A DNA stretch of 64,000 nt from Selaginella moellendorffii (taxonomy: Eukaryota > Plantae > Lycopodiophyta). The notes below the pieces were generated by a model, which saw nothing but the letters and a program-made list of their open reading frames with translations, ran no database searches and was not told the DNA's origin. This document shows positions 50,465-63,938 of this stretch, piece after piece. Numbering within the stretch: position 1 is the first letter of the stretch; every line of letters begins with the position of its first letter. The DNA lies in assembly GCF_000143415.4 (NCBI RefSeq), contig NW_003314327.1, forward strand, positions 87,116-151,115, written 5' to 3'. The translations under genes were made by a program, and so were the position numbers.

Positions 50465-50845
50465 TTCCTCGTGGCTATGGTGTCCCTGTGTGGATCAGTG
50501 GCATCCAAGGCCGTGAAGCTTGCCAGGGCAGCGGCGCTGGTGTTGGCCAAGAAAGCCGAGACAGGAACGGTGAGAAAATGCATGGATTCTGAAGATTACG
50601 GTGGAGTGTTGCTGGATCAATCTAGGGTATGCCATTTCTCATGGAGCAGGGAGCTGTGGAGGCAGTGAAGCGCGAGAGAAGGAGCGACTTTAATCGCTGG
50701 GAATACCAGGTATTTTTAGATCCTTGGGCGATTGCACGTAGGCTCTGCATTTCAATTTCATTTTTGTTCTATTCTTGTAAGCAGACAGCCACGAGCCGAT
50801 GTGTCACTTGCCAGGGATCTGGAATGGATCTGAAACAAGAGGTAT
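50465..50845 (+). pseudogene. Captured intron-containing fragment with DnaJ-type CxxCxGxG motifs
   Basis: GC-richer exon-like blocks separated by gt...ag introns, encoding REACQGSGAG (degenerate) and SRCVTCQGSG. Confidence 0.5.
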
Positions 50846-51370
50846 TTTGAGGAGAACCATGGACAGTTTCGCTACAGCTGGTCCGTGATGTCACTGCAGT
50901 GCTGGATCGAGAATAGGTACAAACAGAAAAGCAAGAGAAAGAATTCCTCCATTGTTTTTATACTGCTTACAAGTGGTGATCGCTCGTGATCTTGCTAAAG
51001 GAAGCGACCGATGGATGGATCGATCAATCAATCACAAAGGTATTTATACTCTCGCTCCACTGGTTTTTCTGGATGAATCATCACTTTGGCTCATCCACAC
51101 CACTCACTTTGTTATTAAGCTGACTGCAACCACCACTCGCTCACTCTCTCATTTTTACAAATCACCTAGCCTCGATATTGATAATCACTAGAGGGAGCTC
51201 GACATAAACCATCGCCTGGAGAGCGCATCACCATTGTTGTGATCACCGTTCTTCTGAGCTGCCGGTTTACTGTGACACAAGTCTCATGCAGCAGGATCTT
51301 AAAAGAGGATCAACACCAAAACGTTTAGTTTTTGTCACTCTTAAGTAAATAAAGTACAAAAGTATTGTCA

Positions 51371-52687
51371 CTATAAGCTCTCTATAAACTTTTCCACTGT
51401 GTCTCTCAATGCTATGCCATCTTTAGCTGAACGAAGAGACCTTTGTGGAAGGTAGCCTGCATCATGGTTAAATTTGTCGGGGTCAAAATCTTCCATGAAC
51501 CTATCATTCTGTGTGATCATTAAGTTATGTAGCACACAACAAGCTATGATGTTATTCGCAAGGATGCCTAGATGACCTCTGAATCCTTTCCAAGCTAGCA
51601 ATTTCCATTGCCTCTTTAAAATTCCAAAAGATCGCTTGACAACAATCCTCATAGAAGAATGAAGGAAGTTGTACTGCTCTTTGCCATGAAACCTGTTTGG
51701 ATATGGGACCAACACCGGTAAAGCACAGTCATATCCTCCATCTGCAATGATATATTGTGAAATGTCCCCAAACTCTGTGTGGTATACTGAACCACATAAA
51801 CGCTTCTTCTCAATCCAAGCCTTCTTCAAACCACTAGAATTCCAAACTCGCCTATCTGGAACACTACCTGCTATCTCTGTTGTTATGTCAAGGAATGAAG
51901 TCTTACTGTCTACCACAGCTTGAACTACCATCGAGTAGTACTTTTTTGCCCCAACATACCAATCCGTTGCATCCTCTGATCCTGGGAGCTCGATTGCAAT
52001 GTGAGTGCAATCCATTGCACCACAACAGTTTGGGAATCCACACAATCTCTGAAATCCAATTATAACTTCTTTCATTCCCTCCTCATCCAGCCAATGGATC
52101 ATTAGTCTTTCATGCTCAAGCAATGCATACCTGAAACAGCGTAGACAAGTTTGGGCAGTGCATGAAGCCACTCCAAATGCATCACTAATTGTTCGCCACA
52201 TATCCCCAGATGCCAAACGTTTCAAAGCAAAAACAGGCAAGTGCTGCCCTAGTATTTCTGCCAAACCTGGAGGAGGCCTCTTGACCAATTTTGGAGCAAA
52301 CTCATCACAAAGAAAAGTGAATGTAGATACCGAAACTTGAAAAACTTCTCTGAATCTTTATGGATCTATATGAAGAACCTCAAGCTCTGTTTGATACCAG
52401 CAGTGTAGACTTTTCGGCTTGATGTAGTACGCACCGATCAATAGCCCTAAGAGCTCCTTTTTAGTGATCACTCTCTCAACAAATGAAGATGTAGCGGGAC
52501 ATGGCATAGAAAGAACTATAACAATCACTTCCTCCACCATTCGAATGAACAAGAGTTTTCTTGAAATCGGAACTAAAATCATGTCCTCCTCCTCCAGAAA
52601 GAACAACTCTACCAAATTTAAGTACCTCATCACAATCCCTACAGCATGGGAAATGATCGCCAAGGAAGAATCGGTGAGCCGTGGCAT
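51371..52687 (-). pseudogene. Harbinger (HARBI1/ALP1-like DDE) transposase with one in-frame stop
   Basis: RFREVFQVSVSTFTFLC, ALKRLASG, GFPNCCGAMDCTH, SMVVQAVVD, IIADGGY, RIVVKRSFGILKRQW and IIACCVLHN. ORFs 52358-52687 and 51371-52288 share a frame across a TAA at 52358. Confidence 0.92.
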
Positions 52688-53137
52688 ATTGTGCGCTCAA
52701 TTTAGGGTAAACAAAATTGGCACCCTAATCCTTTATGACGTGGGAAAAAAAATGTTGATGTGTAAACTTACGTGGCATATAAAGAAGGGGGTTACATGTA
52801 ACCATTAAAAAAAAGGGGGAGGGGAGTTTTTTTTGGGGGGGGGGAGAAATTTCTAAGTGGGTGGAGCATGGAACCCCGCCTTAAGTCCTCCATGCCATTG
52901 CTCATGGCTGTGAGCACATTCCCACTCCCTATTGTGTCCAAAAACTCTTGATTAGTTTTGAACTACTTTATTAATCTTAAGATTATAATCTAAGGAAGTG
53001 CAAATCAATGAATGATTTCTTTAACAAGTCATATATGCTTGATTAATAATACTTAAAAAATTTGTCTCAATGAATGAATTTCTCTAACCAGGTTAAATAT
53101 GCTTGACTAATAACACTTAAAAATGTGTAAGTTTATG

Positions 53138-55345
53138 AATTTAAACTTCCCAAAAGATTATCCAGCTTATTACTATCAAACCTAAGGATGCTTAACCCCA
53201 AGTATTTCAAGACCCTTAACTAATTAAAAAAGAGGGTACACTCTTATTCATGAGCCCTTTCTCTTTTTATTTAAACTTTTATAGATCATCTTTTAAATCA
53301 GCTTTCTTTTTTATTGCTTACAAAAAAAAAACATAAGTATTGGATCTTGGGGTTCCTTATATATACTAGTGCAATATTCCCATAATCTATCTATCCAGAA
53401 TAGTAATTGGCTCAATTAGATATAAACACCCCTAGTTTATATATAGATATATTCCCTCATACATCAACTAAGGATTATATATTAAATATGGTATCATAGC
53501 AATAATCCAATTGGCCTATTATAGAGCATCACAAGGAATATTTGGAGTCTTTGGATAAAGAATTAATTGTTGAGATTGGGTTTGTGCACTTTAACAATTA
53601 CTATAATTCTTAGAAGTACCGAGTATAAACAGTTTTTGACCATTTTATTTGTCCAGATGATGTGGGAATTTTCTGAATTTTTCCAGATCGTTGATTTGAA
53701 TGTCTTAAACCACATAGTTTTTGAGTAGAGCCAAACTATCCTCAATTTCATTAAGATTATTTAGGCTATATTTTGAGTATTTTTTGATATCGAAAAACAT
53801 TATTGTTCAATTGACAAGGATTATCAAAAAGGATTGTTAGAATAGATTGATGAAAAAGATTGTCAAAATAAATTATTAAAAAAAGGATTGTTATCAAAGA
53901 TTATTGGATCATTAATTTATTAAACTTTTTAGTCATCACTTTCAACTTGCTGAATGATCAATAAAATCTCATCTTAGGTATTTATTGCCAATACTTCTGA
54001 AGATACTACCAAATGCCCAACCTTGAAAAAATGTTTAATAACATACTTTAAAGTTTCTTTCGCTTTGGTTTTCCTTTTATTAGGTAATTGGTAATGTCGT
54101 GAATATAACTATGAGTATCAAAAGTTAAATATTGATGAGTCCTTTCAAATATTCTTTTTTTATTACCACAACGGTAAAAGATTTTTATTGCTAATTCCCT
54201 TTGTAGCCCTTTTAATCAAATGTTAGTAAATTAGGCTTAGTATTTGTATTTGGCCAGATAAGCATAAAAAGGGAATTCCTAAATATCTATTTAGTTGGTA
54301 TAGTTTTTTAATTCTCTTTTGCTCTACTTTACATTGGCTTAACAAAATTAGGCACTAATCTCTCAATATCATTACATAATAACTTATCATGTTTTCTAAA
54401 CACCCTTGCTATCATACCATGTTCTATTTAATCCTATTGAATATTGAAAAACGTTTAGATCTACTAGTGAAGTATATATATGGAATGTAAAGATTATTTT
54501 AAACATAATAATGTAAATAATCGTCTCCAAATTCACAATCTAGTGTCATTCTATATTTAGTAGGTTTTTGAGATTGTCTCAAAGACTAACTTCTGAGATT
54601 AGGGTGAAATCCTAAAACGTGTCCATATGGGGGGAGGGCATACAGGGGAATGTAATGGGTAGGTCAGGCATAACTAATTAATCTATAGCATTATTTAGCT
54701 TTTTATTAAGCATGTCTATCCTTGTTTTGTATCTAGTTTAAGTTTAAATTCAAGTTATCCATGTTACCTAGTGAAGTATCTATATCCTCATGTTAAAATT
54801 GCTAATATGCTAAAATAACACTAAATTTGTATTTTGTGTGCTAGTCTTAGCGTTAGGGTCGTAGGATTATTCAAATATCACTTCGTGCTCTTATTCCTTT
54901 ACTTCTTAGCTATACATTTGTGAGTTGTACCATGTTTATGTTCCTCACTCCTTGGCTATATGTTTGAGAGTTTAACTCTGTCCTTTTGTTCAATGCCTAA
55001 GGTTCTAAAACTCTAGTTTTTCTTTGTTGCCTTTGACATATATATTTAAAGGTTATGTTCAACTTCATGGTTATCCTATAGTAAATTATCATAGGGTATA
55101 AGGTGAAAATCACATACATATGAATGAGAGTTTAACTCCATCCTTTAAATTAATGGCCTATGTGTAAGCTCTTGAATTTGGACTTCCTGGGAGGTTATCC
55201 AACCTAGTATTATTCAAATCCAAAAACACTTAACCTCAAATATCTGAAGACCCTTAATCAACTGAAAAAGAGGGTGCACTCTTGTTCATAAGCCTAACCC
55301 TTATGGATCATTTCTCAAGTTGTTCCTTTTAATTGCTTACATTAA
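53138..55345. repeat. Diverged direct repeats of about 190 bp (53138-53330 and 55172-55345)
   Basis: tgaattt..acttcc...ttatcca...ttaacc.caa.tat.t.aagacccttaa..aa.t.aaaaagagggt.cactctt.ttcat.agcc occurs in both. Confidence 0.7.
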
Positions 55346-56722
55346 AGACTTGAAATTTAGGTTTTACTCTATTGCCCTTGGCACATGGTTATATTTCACT
55401 CCATGGTTATCCTATAATAAATTATTATAGGGGTAAACACTATGTGACAAAACTTGGTAAACTCATTTTTAATAAATAGTTTCATAATACCTTCACTTTA
55501 TAAGAATCAAATCATATTACTTTAGCTCAAATGAAAACTAAGATACTCATCTCACTTTTTCAGAGTGTTTAGGTTTTTTTGGTGGTACCATCCCTTGTTT
55601 TTCATTCTGTTGTAATAAGAATTAGTACAAAATGTATTTAAATGGGTTAAAAAATGTTTATTCACGTCATTTTTTACTATAGAGGCAGGTTGTTATGGCT
55701 ATTGTATAACATCACCCTCACTATTAACACTGTTTCTAGAAGCCTTGTTTGTATGAATAAAAAATATTAAAAACCATATAATAATTTACCTCAAAATCAA
55801 CTATTGTGGCTATTAGTTTCTCCAACTATAAAACAATTTTTATCTGAGGTATTATGGTGATTTTGTTTCATAGCTCTCCACTGGGGTAATTACTTCATCA
55901 AAGTATGGTTCCCTATAACTCACAAATTGAAGTCACTTATTTTTTGCAAGTTTTTTATTAGTCCAGAAATATATAAATCTTGAAAGTAATATCTTATTCT
56001 TCCTCTATCATTTATATTATCCTGAACCCTAAAACCAGTGCTTACTTTTGCCACTATAAGTCTCATTAGATTCATTGTGATACTCCAATATAAGACTCTA
56101 GTTAATAAATAACCTCCTACACTTGAAAACTAATAAAAATTATATGGTTTTAATTTAAAAAGCTCATACATTAGTTTTTAGTGATGAATAAAATTATGGA
56201 ATCCCATGCAACCATCTTGCTAAAGAATGGTATATGCAAATCATCTAATAACTCTAATTCAATAAATGTGTTGTACTGAATTTTGAGAATCTTATAAGAA
56301 TATTCTTTGTGTTGCTTTTTGTCATAGACATCCACCACAATGCCAGTTCTAACAACTACAACATTTTTTTTGTAATGTGGTCATCTCATTCATACTAGAA
56401 AAAGTTCCTATACAAAAAACAAAAACCATATAGCTATCTATATAGTTTTTCTAGTTACTATTTTTCTTGATTTCCAAGTTATCAAATTCTTGATTCTCAA
56501 ATCCTAGAATATGCAAAATTGCAATATACCTCTTGCTTAAATCCTTCACTATTTTCTTCTCTTTCTTCAAATATTATTATAGATTAATAAGTTCTTTTGT
56601 GATCTTCTACTTAGCAATATGGTAGTTGTAGTCATTAAATTTTTTACTATACATGCATTTAATGAGTTGGATCTATAGCTGAATGTTCTTGTCTTTGCTA
56701 AACTATGTATATATAATCCTAG

Positions 56723-58430
56723 TGTAAGGAACCAAGTCCCTGAGGTGTTGTAGGTTAAAGGATCCCCGAAATTAAAACCGAAACAATAAAATATTCATGG
56801 AGACAAAGTCTGAAATCGAGTCCAAGACTACTAATAGAAGTCGTGTGGTGAAAGCCCAAAGTAATCATCTCCCAGGGGGGGGGGGGCGGTTGCAGAGGGT
56901 TCCAAACGTATAATAGGGATAATGAGGTTAAAGATCCAATCTTAACAGAATTCTTCAATAGTGCTTTTTAACCGAGTTAAGGTTGGAATTAAAAGTTAGT
57001 GACCTTGGATGGAAGTGAGCATAGACTCAAGGGGTGCCAAAATAGCCCTTTAAATAAATCCTTAAGAACAACTCCCACTCATATAAGGGAAATTGACTAA
57101 GGCACCCTTGACTCATATGCAATGGTGCCCCATTTGAATATTATATGGCTTATTGGTCCTCACTCCTTCTGAGGGGCTTGAATCTTCCCTTTGGGATGGA
57201 AGTGGGGGAGTAGAGGTACCTATACCGAGCTGTTAAGATATGGTGTTTCTTTCTTGAAGTAAAAGATGCACCTATGGTTTAGGATTTAAAAGGTCCCATT
57301 ATCAAGTTTTGTTATACTAAAGGATGTTAAGAACCTAAAGGCTTGGCATCCTTAACTTCTTGTGCTTGTCGGGAGTGTAGTCGAACCTTAAATCCAATTT
57401 AACATGGGGAGGGAATGTCATATGTTAAGACCTGAGGGCACGTTAAAGGTAAGTTAATTAGCATGGATTTAGCTAAGTTGACCAAGCATAAAGAGCTACA
57501 CCCAACTCCCCCAAGGGATGTCAATTTTGTAGACATATTCTATAGAGGTTGAATTTAATTTCCAATAGTAAAGCAAAGTTAGGTTCAAGTCCCAACCCTC
57601 TACTAGGGTGAGGTGAGGTGAGGGGTATGGGGACAGGTATATCTTGTTGTCATCGGCTTCTAACCAAAGAAGCTAACTTAAGCACACCGCTAAGTGGGGG
57701 GATGCCTTTAGGGCCATGGTCAATAAATCGTAGGATTAAATAATTATGTTTGATGTGGGTATCAAATTTCTTTTATAGGTGTTGGAGTTGTAAAGAACTA
57801 AATCTTTGAGGTGTCATAGGCTAAGGATCCCTAAAATCATAAAGAGTTTATCGAATGAGACTAAATCCAAGATCGAGTTCAAATCAAGTTTAAGACCGAG
57901 TTTGAGACCAAGTCTAAGACTAAGTTGTAGGGAGTTCCAAAAATATACTACGGATAGTGAGGTTAAGGACTTAATCTTGAAAAAACTCTCTAATGATGCT
58001 TCCAAACCAAATTGAAGTTGGGATTGGAGGTTAGTAGCCTTGGGTGGGAGTGAGCATGAACTTAAAGGGTGCCAAATATACCCCCCAAAGAAGTTCTTAA
58101 AAGTAACTCCCACTCTTGGAAGGAAAATCAGGTGCAATGCTCCCAACTCATGTGAAATGGTGCCTCATTTAAATATAATATAATTTATTGGTCCTCACTC
58201 CTTTTGAGGGGCTTAGGCCTTCCCTTTGGGATAAAAATGGGGGAGTAAAAGTACCTATACCAAGCTATTAGGTTATGGTGTTTCTTTTTGAGTTCCCAAA
58301 GTAAAAGATGCACCTATGGCTTAGGATTTAAAGGGTCCCATAATCAAATTTTATCATACCAAAGGATGTTAAGAACATGGAGGCTTGATGTGTTTTGTTG
58401 CTTGTGCCTGTGAGGAGTTTAGCCAAACTT
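56723..58430 (+). mobile_element. Pair of diverged LTR-like direct repeats of about 650 bp (56723-57390 and 57790-58430)
   Basis: Both begin TGTAA (tgtaaggaaccaagtccctgaggtg / tgtaaagaactaaatctttgaggtg) and share ttattggtcctcactcct, aaagatgcacctatgg and aaggatgttaagaac. No coding sequence lies between them. Confidence 0.65.
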
Positions 58431-59616
58431 TCCTTAATTTTATAATTGGATACTTTAATTAAATTTTGCATAAGTACATAAAGTTTGACCTTGTAAAAAT
58501 TCCTCTACTAGATCTCGAATATACACTAAGTTCTCTTTCAGTTCCCATATTGCTTCACATAGTGGAATTCCTTTCCATTTTACATGGAACTTCTATCTTT
58601 GTTACTTGCCTTTATGCACATTAAGTGTGGTCACAATGTTGTATTCCTCTTCCCCTTAGACAACCTCAAGTAAATGTCTTATTTAGTTTTTGTGAAGCGG
58701 ATCCTTAAGTTTATGTGGAATATAAGATGCATCTTTTACATCTCTCAGGGAAGTCAAAGGTGGTAAGCCATCTTACCAATTTAAGCCTCAATTTCATAGG
58801 GCTTTGTAAATTTATTTAAAGAACTCAAGATCAATTCATTTCTAAGAATATATGTATTTTACTTTTAGATCAATTTTTAGTTGATCCCACTTAGTATCTT
58901 TAAGTTCTTAGTGTTCAGCCACACCTTCTCCTTAAGTTAGAACACTATATCTTAACACTTTTGATTTGCATATTTAATTTGTCTTTGTTAAGCCCATTTC
59001 AAAGAATCCCATGAATGCCTCCACTATGGGTAACTCTCCATGATATTCGGCCATGCCAAGTTTTATAGGGCTTTCAATAGCTCACTTATTAGTGACTTCC
59101 CATGAACTCATGGTGTGTAGCTTATGGGCAGTATTACGATTGTGAGATGAGCTACTTGTATTTCTGGGTCAATGAAGGTGATCTGATAAGTGCAAAAACT
59201 GTGATACAAGAGCTGACAAAGCTACCAATGCAGATTGTCACGGTCCAAAGTTGCTTTAGTGGTATCACTTGTTTCTACATGAATTATCTACTGGACACAT
59301 GAACTTGGGACATTCACAAGTTGAAAGATAATGGGGAATGGGTTACTATTTGAAAAAAGGTACCACTAGAGTTCCCAATAGAGCTCCCAATATTTTGCTA
59401 GCATCCGTGGACAGGCATTGTAGATCAAGCCAAAGAGAAAGTTTGATTTAAATTGGATTGTGGTGTAGGGAGTGATAGATCAAGGCAAAGAGAAGAGCTT
59501 GATCCAAATTGGATTGTAATGCTCGAGGATAGTTATCAATAGGATTTATGTTTTTCACCTTAGGTTTAACTATAAGAACCAATGCAGGGGTTTTAACTAG
59601 GGCTTTAGTTTCAGGA

Positions 59617-61173
59617 ATGGAGAGCATTGCCGCTAGCGGTGCGTGCTCGCTGTCTCAACACGATCCCTGCTGCGCGACTGCCAGTCCCAATACGGCCGCT
59701 CCATCCTGCGCTCGGCCGATCGTCCAAGCAGGCAAGCAGCAGCAGCAGGGATTCTTCCCATGGCGGGGCGCGATCCGGAGTGGAAGGCGCCCGTGTGGCA
59801 ATGGTGGGGCGGGGCTAACCTACAAGGATGCCGGCGTTGATATTGATGCTGGAGCGGAGCTCGTGAGGAGGATTGCCGCCATGGCGCCTGGAATTGGAGG
59901 CTTTGGAGGATTGTACCCGTTTGGTACGTATGTTTGGTATGCTTTGCCTTGTATCTATCCATAAGTTTTGGGTTTTGGATGCTTTTTTCTTTCTTCCCAG
60001 GAGACTCCTATCTCGTAGCTGGAACTGATGGAGTCGGGACGAAGTTAAAACTTGCATTTCAGATGAGCAAGCACGATACCATCGGGATCGACCTGGTAGG
60101 CACTAAGATTTTCTTTGGGAAGGATTTATAGCTGGTTTTTCTAAAGGTTGCGATGAGTGTAAACGACATTGTTACTTCTGGAGCCAAGCCGATGTTCTTT
60201 CTGGATTATTTTGCGACAAGCCATTTGGATGTGGACATTGCGGAACAGGTAATTGTTAGTGCTTTTTTGAGTGGACTGGAATAATCTTTCGTTTTTGAAT
60301 AGGTGATCAAGGGAATCGTTGAAGGTTGTCGTCAATCTGATTGCGCACTACTGGGTGGAGAGGTACGATTGGCATGTATGAAAAGCTTCTTACACGTTTT
60401 TCTTAGACAGCAGAAATGCCAGATTTCTATGCACCGGGAGAGTATGATCTGAGTGGCTTTGCCGTAGGCAGTGTCAAAAAGGATGCGGTGATTGATGGAA
60501 GTAGGATAGCTGCTGGAGATGCTGTGGTCGGGCTTCCATCTACCGGAGTGCACTCGAACGGATTCTCTCTCGTTCGGAAGTACGTACAGTGTGTCATTGA
60601 TCTTCAAACTTCTAGTTTTTAAACTTTTCTTGCAGAATACTTGCTAAAAGCGGTCGTTCATTGTCAGATGAACTACCTGGAGCAGGACACAGCCCACTGA
60701 CGATAGGACATGCTCTACTCGCTCCAACAAAAATATATGTGGAACAGGTTAGAGATTTTCTTACATTTGTTGCATGTCTCTTATTCGTTTGTTGCTCAGG
60801 TTTTGGATATCATTGCGAAGGGTGGTGTCAAGGGCATTGCTCATATCACTGGCGGCGGATTTACGGACAACATTCCAAGAGTGTTTCCAGAGGGTCTAGC
60901 TGCGGAGGTTAGAGTTGGTTCTTGGACTGTTCCACCAATCTTCAAGTGGCTTAAAGAGGTGAAATCATCCTTGTTAGCTGTATACTTTACTTGACGCTCT
61001 TTTTTCGATAGGCTGGAAATGTGGAGGAAGCTGAAATGTTTCGCACTTTCAACATGGGAATAGGAATGGTTTTGATTATGGAACAAATGGCCGCGGAGCA
61101 AATTCTCAAAGGAGATGAGCCCGCATTTCTGTTAGGCCAAGTGATAAACGGCGAAGGAGTCGTCTACAAGTGA
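59617..61173 (+). CDS. PUR5: Phosphoribosylformylglycinamidine cyclo-ligase (AIR synthase), multi-exon
   Basis: [65 protein letters not shown] and RTFNMGIG. Confidence 0.97.
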
Positions 61174-61261
61174 CATGGAAGTCTCGGCTAAGCCTCTAAA
61201 TATCAAGGTTCGATTTATGATTTTCCATCAACTAAAGTGTGTGCTTAATGAGAACCTAGAT

Positions 61262-62784
61262 ATGGCTACCTGCGCGTCCGTCCTGAGGGCGCTCAGCACT
61301 GGTGCGGTAAACGAAAGTAGCAGTCTAGTCCAGTGTAGAGGCCCCCATCTGGTGCAAAGTACTCTTTTGTGTTCTCAAAGTAAGGTGAGACGAGCGAGCA
61401 GAGTGTATGCGAAGTTTGAGCGCTTCGAGGGCGGACGGGAACAGGCTGTTGTTGTGAATAAGCATGAAGCAGAAGCCGAAGAGCAGGAAAATCCTGATGA
61501 AGACGTGGAAGATACCAGTGATAGGTTCGTGTCTCTGGTTTTAGATTCTTTGTTGTGGCCTTACCGGGTTTTTTTTCGTTTCACTTTGTTAGTGTGTTCC
61601 CAGCTGACTTGGAAGGTGCTATTGAGCAGTCTGCCGAATCCACATCACAATTCCTCTCAGCCGGAGGGAAAAGAGCTCTCGTAAGATATTTCCTTTTGAT
61701 AGTTTTTTGCAGTAGGAGTGATGGTTTTCTTGGGGATAGGTGGAGCTCTCCCTCATGGAGCTGGAGAACTTTGACACTGATGGCGCACAGCAGCAGCTCT
61801 GGGACTGCTCGAGGCTGTTTGTGAAGTCGGTGCAGAAGCGTTTCCAAAACCAGGTACGACTTTTGACGACTCTTTGTTTGGATCAAACGTGTTCGCAGCT
61901 CGTGTGCAGAAAATAAAAGCTATCTTTCCTGACATGGGGGCCGCTGCGTATGTGAAGTTCCAGTGGAAGGATGAAACCATCAAGTATGGAAGGTAGAGCA
62001 CCATGTTTCTGACTTTTTGGCAATGGACTGACTAGTGCGTAACTCTGGCTGCAGTCTAAATGATCGAAAACCTGTGACGGATGACGACGAGATCATAATG
62101 CTGATTGCTCCCGATCATCAAATGCTGGATCAAGTTCAAAAGATTGCGTACTCGCTTCTGGACGATGACGATATGGTAACGTTTTCTTTATTGTTTTCCA
62201 GCATTGCAATCTCGGCAAGCCAACAGATCTTTGTTTGATGCCAGCAAGAGAAGCCATTGATAATGTGGAACCCCCAGCTTTTCAGCGGCGACGTTGGTAT
62301 TGGCCTAAACGTTCGTAGAGTTCGCAACGAATTCTTAAGGTACAAAAAAAGAAAATGGAGAAAGATATTTTGGAACATCTTTGCAGAACCTTTACAACTG
62401 TGTACTCGCTAAAGCCTTTGCCTACTGGCGCCATTTTTAAGAGATACCCCGGGTATGATTTGCTGCCTCTCTCTTCTTTTTCTGTGCTTAAGCTATCAAG
62501 CTGGTGTGCAGGCTTTGGAAAATCTTTCTGGACGATAAACAACGACCCGGCCGCTACTTGTTCGCAAGGGAGCAAGCTAGCAAGCCAGACGCTGAAGACC
62601 TGGAGGTTTGTAAACTTTTAAAGCTTTTCTACACAGTTCCAGCAAGACTTAAGCGTGTTCTTTGCAGGCCATCCTACTCCAAGGCTCAGCCCCGGGAGAC
62701 GAACCGCAAGTACCATCGTTTCTCGCCAACGCAATGGCAACCATGTCATATCTCGGTCGATTCATGAGAGCACTTTCCCAGTGA
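61262..62784 (+). CDS. DUF1995 chloroplast protein (At5g27560-like), multi-exon
   Basis: Transit peptide, PADLEGAIEQS, KAIFPDMGAAA, SLNDRKPV, PLIMWNP, TFTTVYSLKPL, RYPG.WKIF and RPGRYL...PDAEDLE. Confidence 0.88.
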
Positions 62785-63016
62785 ACAAACAAACATACAT
62801 ACATACATCGAGGTAAGTACTTTCTTCTACTCAGTGTCCTTCCCCTACACCTATGAGAGAGGAAAATAAAAGAAAGGTAGGGACTCCAGTGGTGCTGACT
62901 CTTGCAGAGTACTGGTAATGGTACAAGGTTTTTTGTTTCTTCCTAGTTAGCTCCATCTTTTTAGCTCTTCCTAAAGTCAATGCCAGAGGAACTAACAGCA
63001 CCAGTGTTATGTTTTG

Positions 63017-63938
63017 TCAAAATCCAGCGTAGCAGCTGCATCGATTTGGCAGGAGGATTTGCTGCTGCGGCTGCTGCTGCTGCTGCTGCTGCTCCGGTTT
63101 GTTCTCGGCATCGCTACCTTGCTGGCGAAGATCCGTGGAGCTGTCGTCACTGTCGAGGAGGCGATGGACGCCGCAGCAAGTGGCCAGGACGAGCGCCGAG
63201 CAGCAGACTACTTCTCGCTCCAGATGCGAGCAGTAGCTCTCGAACATTGTCACTGTTACTTGGAGGCGAAAGTCGAGACGAAAGAGGAACTGGAGCTCCA
63301 GGCGATTCATCTCCAGCGTGCTCACTCCCCCGACTTTGGCGTAGTACGCATTGTTATAGTACCTGAAGCAAGAGCCACAAACTTTTCAGCCAAGAATCCC
63401 AAAAGCATTGATCGAAGAACCAAAAGTTCCAGAAAAGCTCAAGAAACCCGAAAATCACACTAAACTCCTACTAGAGAGGAGGAAAGAGAGCTTACGCATC
63501 ATCGAGGAACTTTGCGGCCACCATGACGCTGGTGATGAGGAGGCGATGGACGTTGAGTGAGGTGATTGGAACATCCGGCTGCTGGTGGATGAATCGATCC
63601 ATGTACGCGTAGGCGACGACGAAGCACGCTGGGCTACAGTTGGCGTACTTGAAAATCCTCTCCAGGTACTTCTCGATGCTGATGGAGGGCGCCCTCAATC
63701 CATGGAAAACCGTGAGCTTGGTCGCCCCCCCGCCCAAATGCCTGTGGTTGCGCGCCACCACTCTCTCGAGCAGCGATGCCAGGACGGAGATCACAGTCGG
63801 GGGCCGATTCTCCATCGCTCGCCCGCTCAGGGAAGAAGGGGAAGAAAAGGAAGAAGAAGTAGAGCCTGACGATAGCAATGTCGTTGTTCTCGTCGTGGGT
63901 CGGCTCCCCAGCTCGCGATCACACACCACATCCACCAT
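63017..63938 (-). CDS. Cyclin U/P (PHO80-like cyclin), two exons
   Basis: [57 protein letters not shown]|[19 protein letters not shown], and a poly-Gln tail. Confidence 0.95.

Larger units (their letters stand above)
49040..52900. mobile_element. PIF/Harbinger DNA transposon (convergent Myb/SANT and DDE transposase genes); ends approximate
   Basis: The two-gene architecture typical of the superfamily, with a C-rich left end and a G-rich right end. TIR and TSD not resolved. Confidence 0.85.

Noticed and set aside
49040-52900. Harbinger terminal inverted repeats and the palindrome ggttacatgtaacc at 52790-52803
   Set aside because: Only weak, gapped end similarity was found, so no TIR or TSD is called.
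59420-59520. Short diverged duplication upstream of PUR5
   Set aside because: Two copies of about 42 bp at the edge of the repeat island, with no sign of function.
63050-63095. (GCT)n microsatellite
   Set aside because: An ordinary poly-Gln tract in the cyclin tail.
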